Positions 48,429-54,059 of a DNA stretch of 54,059 nucleotides are shown piece by piece. Within the stretch, counting starts at the first letter, position 1. The number at the start of each line of letters is the position of its first letter. Position numbers and translations under genes: made by a program. Below the pieces are notes generated by a model that was not told the origin of the DNA, ran no database searches, and saw only the letters and a program-made list of their open reading frames with translations. The stretch covers positions 1-54,059 of IMG/VR virus record IMGVR_UViG_3300042292_001176; one strand, given 5' to 3'. Source of the stretch: a virus (Duplodnaviria > Caudoviricetes).

Positions 48429-49002
48429 TGTGGTCCTCGACGGTGTAGATCAGGGAGTTGTTGCGGAGGATGGCGGCCGGGTGCAGGGTGGTGAAGACCG
48501 GGATGGTGCGGCCCGCGATTTGGTGTGGCTTCCCGTTGCGGGCGATCGCGTCTTTATGAGAGCAACGGGAGCCCAGGTGGAGACGATGGAACTGGGCAGC
48601 AGCGTCGGACCCAAGCAGTAGCACATGGATTTGAGAACCTGGGTGGGCGTCGAGGATGGAGCGGAAGTCGGAGTCATGAAAAGAAAAGCAAGCCTTGTAG
48701 TCGCGCGCCTTGGCGTCGGGCTCGGGTCCGCAGCGGGCGAGGTAGGTGCCGTAGATGGTACACAGAGTGGAGAGGTCGGCAAGCAGGATGTCACGGAGCA
48801 GGCGGCCGGGCTTGCCGACGAACGGCTCGGAGTGGACGTGCTCGTGGTAGCCCGGGGTCGGGCCGATCACGATGAGGACGGGGGCATCCGGTCCCGGCAA
48901 TCCCCACCTGGTGGTGGGGACGCCGGGGTTCCGGGGCGCCTGCTCCCAGCGGAGGCAGGCACGGCAGTCAGGCTGCGGGGGCAGCAGGGTTAGCGGGATC
49001 AA
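48343..49002 (-). CDS. uracil-DNA glycosylase family 4-like protein (degenerate)
   Basis: C..C, G.TPG..E....PFVG..G.LL, LLG..A, TLHPAAILR; TTG start after GAGGA. Confidence 0.7.
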   Translation of the reverse strand: MIPLTLLPPQPDCRACLRWEQAPRNPGVPTTRWGLPGPDAPVLIVIGPTPGYHEHVHSEPFVGKPGRLLRDILLADLSTLCTIYGTYLARCGPEPDAKARDYKACFSFHDSDFRSILDAHPGSQIHVLLLGSDAAAQFHRLHLGSRCSHKDAIARNGKPHQIAGRTIPVFTTLHPAAILRNNSLIYTVEDHIELLSSTIRGCAPVPTDPDIQPPRPPHH

Positions 49003-49339
49003 AGGAGTCCTCGTGGTGCGGGTTGTCGATCTCGTAGGCTTGGATCTCTTTGCCGACGGCTTCGCCGAGGAGTCGGTCGATGTCGTCGTACTTGCCCTCG
49101 ATGCGGCAGAGCCATGCGTCACCGACCACCATGTCGATGTGCCAGTCGATGATGCCCTCGAGTTCCTCGACTCGGGCTCGGAGCTTCTGGTTCTGCTCCT
49201 CGAGTTCGACGGTGGTGCGGCGCAGGGTGTTGAGTTCCTCAATGGCGAGGCTGATGGAGTGGCGGACGCTGGGGTTGTGGTTGCTCCGGTGCGCCTTGTA
49301 GAGGTCGTTGATGTCGGTGCGTGGGGTGTCAGGGTTCAT
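48968..49339 (-). CDS. hypothetical coiled-coil protein
   Basis: ELEEQNQKLRARVEELE. Confidence 0.6.
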   Translation of the reverse strand: MNPDTPRTDINDLYKAHRSNHNPSVRHSISLAIEELNTLRRTTVELEEQNQKLRARVEELEGIIDWHIDMVVGDAWLCRIEGKYDDIDRLLGEAVGKEIQAYEIDNPHHEDSFDPANPAAPAA

Positions 49340-49631
49340 TGTCGAGTTCCGGGGTGCGGGCGCCACGGTTGGCGCAGTTGATGCAGGCAGTGGGCGTGTC
49401 GATGTTGTCCCAGTCGGAGTTCGCCCGGTAGAACCCGGTGTACGAGGGCTCCGAGGGGAGGTCGTGCTTGGCGAGAAGGGCGCGGAGGTCCTTGTCGAAG
49501 GCGACGAGGGCGGCGTGGTGACGCTCGTCGGTGGACGGGGGGAAGGCGAGGCGCAGGAGCTGGACGTTGTGCGACCAGCGGGGCATGTCCTTGCGCCACG
49601 GGTGGTTCTTCTTGGGTTGATGGGCTGTCAC
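49329..49631 (-). CDS. hypothetical protein
   Basis: overlapping operon organisation; HPWRK motif; CxxC. Confidence 0.55.
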   Translation of the reverse strand: MTAHQPKKNHPWRKDMPRWSHNVQLLRLAFPPSTDERHHAALVAFDKDLRALLAKHDLPSEPSYTGFYRANSDWDNIDTPTACINCANRGARTPELDNEP

Positions 49632-49744
49632 TTGGCACCTCCGATGACAACGCCGAGGAGGAAGAAGGCAAGGCCCCAGCCGGTGATGGCAAGGACCACG
49701 AAGGCTTCGTGACGGAAGCGGGAGACTGTGATGTCGTCGTTCAT
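49628..49744 (-). CDS. tiny membrane protein (38 aa)
   Basis: MNDDITVSRFRHEAFVVLAITGWGLAFFLLGVVIGGAK; GTGA coupling. Confidence 0.5.
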   Translation of the reverse strand: MNDDITVSRFRHEAFVVLAITGWGLAFFLLGVVIGGAK

Positions 49745-49794
49745 GGGATCAGTGGGGGTGGGAGAGGGGCGGTCGCATCGCCCCCTCGGTGCGG

Positions 49795-50349
49795 TCAGAC
49801 GCTGGGCGTGATGGAGATGGAGATGGAATCGATGACGCGCTTGGTCACCGAGCGGAGGTTGTCGTCGTCGTCGAAGTAGTCGGACACCTTGTCGGCGATG
49901 TCGGTGTCGAGGTCGAGGTCGTCGGAGACCTTGTCCTTGACGATGTTGGCGATCTCGTCGGTGTCGATGGTGTTCTCGACGGCGTTCTCGACGGCACGGA
50001 TGAAGTAGCGGGGCTCGGACCCGAGCTCCTCGCGGATGAAGTCACGGGCGCTGTCCTCGTTGAGGAGGTTGCGGGTGGACTCCTCGATGTCCTTGCGGAT
50101 CACGTCACCGAGGATGTCGGAGAAGCGGGACTGGGCGTCGGTGTACGGGTGCGTGAGGGCGGAGGAAACGGTGCTGAGGATGTGGTCTGCCAGGAGACGG
50201 CGCATGAACTCGGCGGAGACAGCCTCGGTGACTGCCTTGTTGATCGAGGGCTGCAGCACGGCGATGATGGCCGGCGAGGTGAGGAAGGTGCGGAGTGCGG
50301 AGGCGATGGCGATGTCGTCGGTGAGATCGTTGTTGATGTGGTCGGACAT
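49795..50349 (-). CDS. acidic helical hypothetical protein
   Basis: 184 aa D/E/I-rich ORF with strongly biased codons. Confidence 0.7.
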   Translation of the reverse strand: MSDHINNDLTDDIAIASALRTFLTSPAIIAVLQPSINKAVTEAVSAEFMRRLLADHILSTVSSALTHPYTDAQSRFSDILGDVIRKDIEESTRNLLNEDSARDFIREELGSEPRYFIRAVENAVENTIDTDEIANIVKDKVSDDLDLDTDIADKVSDYFDDDDNLRSVTKRVIDSISISITPSV

Positions 50350-50469
50350 GGTCTATCTCAATGGGTGGTGTCACGATGCGAGGATCGTGACGAGTAGGTA
50401 GAGGATGAGGAAGATGTAGAACGTGGTTGGGTTGATGTAGCGGGTGGGGTCGGGGTCACGGTCGGACAA

Positions 50470-50829
50470 TCAAAGGTCCCTCCTTTCGTCCTGGCGTTCC
50501 TTCCACTCCTTCACGCCGTCGTCCTCGATGGGGAGGGGACGGCGGTCGGGATCGTCGTTGAGCCACTGCTCGGTGACGTAGATGAGATGGAAGTCAGCCT
50601 TGAGACGGCGAACGATGACGGCGTAGATGATGGACGGGAGCATGGACTCGAGGTCGTTGCCTTCCCGGTCGGTGATGGAGTCAACGTCGATGACGATGTC
50701 GTTGTAGAGATCGCGCTCGAAGCCGACGGTGACGAAGAGGGGGGCGGGATCGAGGAGGTACTCGCAGCGGAACACGACGTGCTCCTTGTTGGTCCAGTCC
50801 TCGATGACAAGTGGCAGGGGATCAGGCAT
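50470..50829 (-). CDS. hypothetical protein
   Basis: GGAG RBS; ATG at 50829. Confidence 0.6.
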   Translation of the reverse strand: MPDPLPLVIEDWTNKEHVVFRCEYLLDPAPLFVTVGFERDLYNDIVIDVDSITDREGNDLESMLPSIIYAVIVRRLKADFHLIYVTEQWLNDDPDRRPLPIEDDGVKEWKERQDERRDL

Positions 50830-51532
50830 TGGTGGCTCCGATGGTGAGGAGGACACGGCGCTCTGCGTCAGAGACAGCGTGTCCATGGGGCAGGTAGTTG
50901 ACGTAGTCGGTGTCGTCCCAGCAGGTGCGGCAATCGTGATCGGCACAGGAGCCACCGGATACGGTCTTGGGGCAGGTGCGAATGCCGGGCAGGGACTGGT
51001 GCATGGAGACGGTGCCGTGCCCGAGACCGGGGATCACGGGCGGTTCGTCGCCGAAGGAGAGGGCGGACGGACGGACACAGGCGTTGGGCTTGCGATGGAG
51101 CTTGCGAAGGGCGGGCCTCCAGTTGGGGAAGAGGTAGGTGCGAGTGGGGAACCAGAAGCGGGTGGCAGGGCAGCGGTCCACGATGGACTGCCACAGGTGG
51201 ATGGCGGACAGAGAGTGGAAGTCACCGCTGTCGTGGACACGGAACCAGAGGGGTGACTCCAGGTGGAGGAAGCGGACGAGCATGTCGGCGAAGGCGGTGG
51301 GCTGTGACTTGAGGAAGTCGAAGCGGGCCCACTGGGTGTCGCGGACATTGCGGAACAGGTAGTTGCCCTGCTGGGCGTAGCAGGAGGAGCAGATGGAGTT
51401 GGGTGCACGGTGCTCGGCGGGGCAGGCAGCGTGCTTGCCGGCTGGCAGGGACCACGACCAGCACGACATGGCCGATGTCCATGTGAGCAGGGCGTAGGAC
51501 TTGCCGTTGTGGTTGAAGCGGGGTGAGTTCAT
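50822..51532 (-). CDS. Gp88-family protein (radical-SAM-related Cys cluster)
   Basis: WSLPA...CP...C..CYA..G.Y, FRVHDSGDF, FWFPTR. Confidence 0.75.
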   Translation of the reverse strand: MNSPRFNHNGKSYALLTWTSAMSCWSWSLPAGKHAACPAEHRAPNSICSSCYAQQGNYLFRNVRDTQWARFDFLKSQPTAFADMLVRFLHLESPLWFRVHDSGDFHSLSAIHLWQSIVDRCPATRFWFPTRTYLFPNWRPALRKLHRKPNACVRPSALSFGDEPPVIPGLGHGTVSMHQSLPGIRTCPKTVSGGSCADHDCRTCWDDTDYVNYLPHGHAVSDAERRVLLTIGATNA

Positions 51533-51535
51533 GGG

Positions 51536-51985
51536 TTAGTCCTCGGGGTAGGTGATGACGGCGTCGATGACACGGAGCTCGCCGTTCTTGATGAGCCACT
51601 TCCACTGGGCGCCGCACTCGCCGGACCAGAAGAGTTCGGTGGTGCCCGTCATGGCGGGGGCCATGGCGTCGAAGAGTTCCTCCTCGTTGCCGGTCTTGCT
51701 GTCGTAGCAGAGGTCGACGATGGCACCGTCGTTGTCGTGCATCACGTCGAAGTCGAAGTCCTCGAGCACAGCGGAGAGGTCGTTGGACTTGAGGTGCTTC
51801 TCGAGTGCGGCCATGTCGACCCACGAGTACCACCGCTTACCGTCGTCGGGACCACCGTAACAACCGCCGCTCATGGAGTCGGTGTTGGTGAGGAACCCGG
51901 TGGTGAGGAGGTGCTGGCAGATGCGGGGGAAGTCGGACTCGGGGATGCGGATCTTGCAGGAGTTGAGAGTGACGTAGTAACCCAT
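51536..51985 (-). CDS. hypothetical phage protein
   Basis: MGY N-terminus and W.GE.G..W motif. Confidence 0.7.
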   Translation of the reverse strand: MGYYVTLNSCKIRIPESDFPRICQHLLTTGFLTNTDSMSGGCYGGPDDGKRWYSWVDMAALEKHLKSNDLSAVLEDFDFDVMHDNDGAIVDLCYDSKTGNEEELFDAMAPAMTGTTELFWSGECGAQWKWLIKNGELRVIDAVITYPED

Positions 51986-52007
51986 GTGCTGTCTCGTGAA
52001 GGGGGTG

Positions 52008-52039
52008 AGAAAGAAACCCCGCCGGTCGCATCGGCGGGG
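52008..52039 (-). terminator. intrinsic terminator
   Basis: CCCCGCCG / CGGCGGGG plus TTTCTTTCT. Confidence 0.7.
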
Positions 52040-52064
52040 AGCGAGTGATCAGTGGGGGTGCAGG

Positions 52065-52928
52065 TCAGGAGTTGAGGTAGCGCTGGTAGGACTCGTCGTT
52101 GATGAGTTCGCCCGTGCCGCTCCAGTAGCGGTCCTCGATCTCGTCCTCGCGGGCATCGTCGATGGCATGGCAGATGCCGTCGAGCATGGTGGAGAGACGG
52201 GCGGTGCGACGCTGCGACTCGGCGGGAGAGTCGGTGGTCTTCTCGACCTCGGTGAAGGCGTTGAAGAGGGACCACAGGTTGCTGCCCTTGAGGGAGTTGT
52301 GTCCGCCGGGTCCGTCCTCACGGTTGAACTCGTGCCAGACACGGGGCAAGAGACGACCGTTGGTGGCGCCCTTGGTGAGGGCGGTCATGCACAGGTCGGC
52401 AGCGGTACGGCGGACCTCGACGGGTTCAGTGCCGAGGATCGTGGTCTTCCACCGATCGATCTGCCGCTCGGTGTCGGCGAAGTAACCGGGCAGCTCGGCG
52501 ACCTTGTCGATGCACAGGCGGGGGAAGTCACGGAGGATGAACGTGGTGTGCTTGCGGGAGAACTTGACCACGGCATCCGAAGCACGGAAGGCCAGGTTGT
52601 CGCAGACGAAGACGCGGGAACCGAGGGCGGCTTGGGCTGCGAAGCGGTGGCGGTGGGAGTTGCGGAGACCGAGGACGTGGGTGAAGTCACCGGTGGGGGA
52701 GACGCGGTCGAGGGTGATGACACCGAAGTAGTCCTCGCCAGCCTTGCCCATGAGACCGTGCTTCTGGTCGGTCACGGTGTACCCGTGGTAGGCCAGGGCC
52801 TCGAGCACCTGCTCGAGGAAGTAACGGTGCGAGATGGGCACGTGGGTGGCGGTGGGCTTGGGGGTCACGACGTTGGTGATGTCGGCGAGAGAGGCGGAGT
52901 AACCGCCGGCGTGGAGCATGAGGCTCAT
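52065..52928 (-). CDS. DUF932/DUF945-family protein
   Basis: LGLRNSH...G.RVFVCDNLAF...KHT, LWSLFNAFTE. Confidence 0.8.
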   Translation of the reverse strand: MSLMLHAGGYSASLADITNVVTPKPTATHVPISHRYFLEQVLEALAYHGYTVTDQKHGLMGKAGEDYFGVITLDRVSPTGDFTHVLGLRNSHRHRFAAQAALGSRVFVCDNLAFRASDAVVKFSRKHTTFILRDFPRLCIDKVAELPGYFADTERQIDRWKTTILGTEPVEVRRTAADLCMTALTKGATNGRLLPRVWHEFNREDGPGGHNSLKGSNLWSLFNAFTEVEKTTDSPAESQRRTARLSTMLDGICHAIDDAREDEIEDRYWSGTGELINDESYQRYLNS

Positions 52929-53179
52929 GAGTTGCTGTCTCCGAAGGGCGATTCGTTGGGAAGCCAGACCCGCTGCCCCTTCTTTGCAGCGGAGATGGCG
53001 ATGGCCTCGCAGAGAGCGCGAGAACCAGAGAGGAGGATCTCGAAGTCGAAGTTGTCACCCTTGTCCTCGAGAACAGAGACAAGGTAGAAGGCGGTCGGTG
53101 GCATGTCCGGGTCACGGAGCAGCCCCGCCTTGTGCGGGGTGAAGATGACGAAGTCTGTGGGATTGAACGACGGTTGCAC
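52925..53179 (-). CDS. hypothetical protein
   Basis: GGAGG RBS then GTG at 53179; ATGA overlap with DUF932. Confidence 0.55.
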   Translation of the reverse strand: MQPSFNPTDFVIFTPHKAGLLRDPDMPPTAFYLVSVLEDKGDNFDFEILLSGSRALCEAIAISAAKKGQRVWLPNESPFGDSNS

Positions 53180-53231
53180 TGTCCTCCATGGTATACGGGT
53201 TGGAGAGATTGTAAAGCCTGACTCGGGGGAA

Positions 53232-53567
53232 TCAGGCGGGAAGATGGAGCGGACCCCAGCGGCGGGACCACCAGTCGGGGATGACACGGACGATCTCGTC
53301 GCGGTCATTGAGGGTGTCCGAGGAGAAGCGGGAATCGCGGCGGGGCAGGAGGATGAAGACGGGGTGATGGCCGGCGGTGATGCCGATGCGACCACGCCGA
53401 GTGTGGGTGGTGCCGTCGGGGTAGGTGGTGCGGACCTCAACGCGGGGTCCGTTGTAGTAGGGTCGGAACTGCGGGGCAAGTCCGACCTCGGAGAGGCGGT
53501 CTCCGTGGATTACACGGAGCAGACGGAGCGATCCGTCGAGGGTTACTTGATTGGTTCGGCGGTCCAT
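53232..53567 (-). CDS. hypothetical phage protein
   Basis: LAPQF...RVEV...GITAG..P motif; start uncertain. Confidence 0.55.
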   Translation of the reverse strand: MDRRTNQVTLDGSLRLLRVIHGDRLSEVGLAPQFRPYYNGPRVEVRTTYPDGTTHTRRGRIGITAGHHPVFILLPRRDSRFSSDTLNDRDEIVRVIPDWWSRRWGPLHLPA

Positions 53568-53923
53568 GCGTCCTCCCTTTCTGAGCCGAGGTACTCGTCG
53601 GTCATGGGTTCGATGATGAGGTCGGTGGTTGAGTCGTAGCGTTGGGCGGCGAAGTCGATGGCCTGCTGCTCGTTCTCAGCGTCGACCTCGAAGACGAGAC
53701 GACGGTGTTCGGTCGAGACGCAGGTGACACGGTAGGTGATGGCGAGAGGTGCGTCGAGGTTGAGGAGGGTGAAGGTCCCGAGGTTCCAGTTGTCGGCGAA
53801 GACTCTTGGTTTCCCATCGCCAGGGTCCAGGCCTGTGCGGATGGAGATGCCTGCCTTGGCGCAGAGCGAGTGGATGACGGTGATGAGTTGGGGTTTGTCG
53901 AGTTGGAGGAGGATGTGGTTCAT
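53543..53923 (-). CDS. hypothetical protein
   Basis: EVDAENEQQAI motif common in small phage early proteins. Confidence 0.6.
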   Translation of the reverse strand: MNHILLQLDKPQLITVIHSLCAKAGISIRTGLDPGDGKPRVFADNWNLGTFTLLNLDAPLAITYRVTCVSTEHRRLVFEVDAENEQQAIDFAAQRYDSTTDLIIEPMTDEYLGSEREDAWTAEPIK

Positions 53924-53932
53924 GGTGGGTCC

Positions 53933-53972
53933 AAAGAGAAACCCCCTGCACCAAACGACTCGGTGCAGGGGG
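53933..53972 (-). terminator. intrinsic terminator
   Basis: CCCCCTGCACC / GGTGCAGGGGG plus TTTCTCTTT. Confidence 0.75.
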
Positions 53973-53990
53973 CGGAGACAAATGGCGGGG

Positions 53991-54059
53991 TCAGTTGTTG
54001 TCGGCGGGCGGGAAGAGGCCGTTGAGTTGGGCGACGAAGGCGTCCACGTTGCACTCCTG
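53991..54059 (-). CDS. 3' part of the junction-spanning small protein
   Basis: 23 codons ending in TGA, in frame with 90..1. Confidence 0.6.
   Translation of the reverse strand, partial: QECNVDAFVAQLNGLFPPADNN

Larger units (their letters stand above)
520..52060. repeat. genome-wide dispersed motif (AT)CAGTGGGGG(TG)
   Basis: about 22 plus-strand and 10 minus-strand copies of CAGTGGGGG counted by eye; about 20 are the full CAGTGGGGGTG. Confidence 0.9.

Noticed and set aside
50371-50469. 32-aa hydrophobic ORF on the minus strand
   Set aside because: TTG start and very short; plausible but not supportable
520-52060. Dispersed motif as a CRISPR array or transposon ends
   Set aside because: Copies are 9-13 bp, kilobases apart and inside intact genes; no spacer periodicity, transposase or target duplications
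1-54059. tRNA genes, integrase/att sites, alternative genetic code
   Set aside because: No cloverleaf or recombinase motifs seen; genes are intact and densely packed under the standard code

Overview
This window is very probably a complete, circularly permuted ~54 kb high-GC tailed-phage genome: the partial minus-strand ORFs at the two ends join in frame. It has two arms that diverge at ~3205/3233 and converge at ~37490. The plus arm encodes a large terminase, portal, scaffold, major capsid, adaptor, a trypsin-like protease, Cys-rich proteins, a nozzle-like tail protein with a DNRLRE-like insert, and large putative ejection proteins. There is no tape measure or sheath, so the virion is probably podovirus-like. 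The minus arm encodes a D5/SF3 helicase, small early genes separated by terminators, DUF932, Gp88, a UDG-like protein, PolA, an ERCC4 nuclease, a displaced tail-fibre/lysis block, a sigma-like protein, a PD-(D/E)xK nuclease, a Sak4-like ATPase and an SSB-like protein. I recognised no integrase, tRNA, CRISPR array, primase or endolysin. The most striking unexplained signal is the dispersed motif (AT)CAGTGGGGG(TG). By eye it occurs about 32 times, on both strands and in several reading frames, roughly every 1-3 kb, including inverted pairs and copies next to terminator hairpins. An iteron-like ACTGACAG locus sits next to the helicase gene, where the strand G/C skew flips. All product calls come from motif recognition by eye; no database searches were run.
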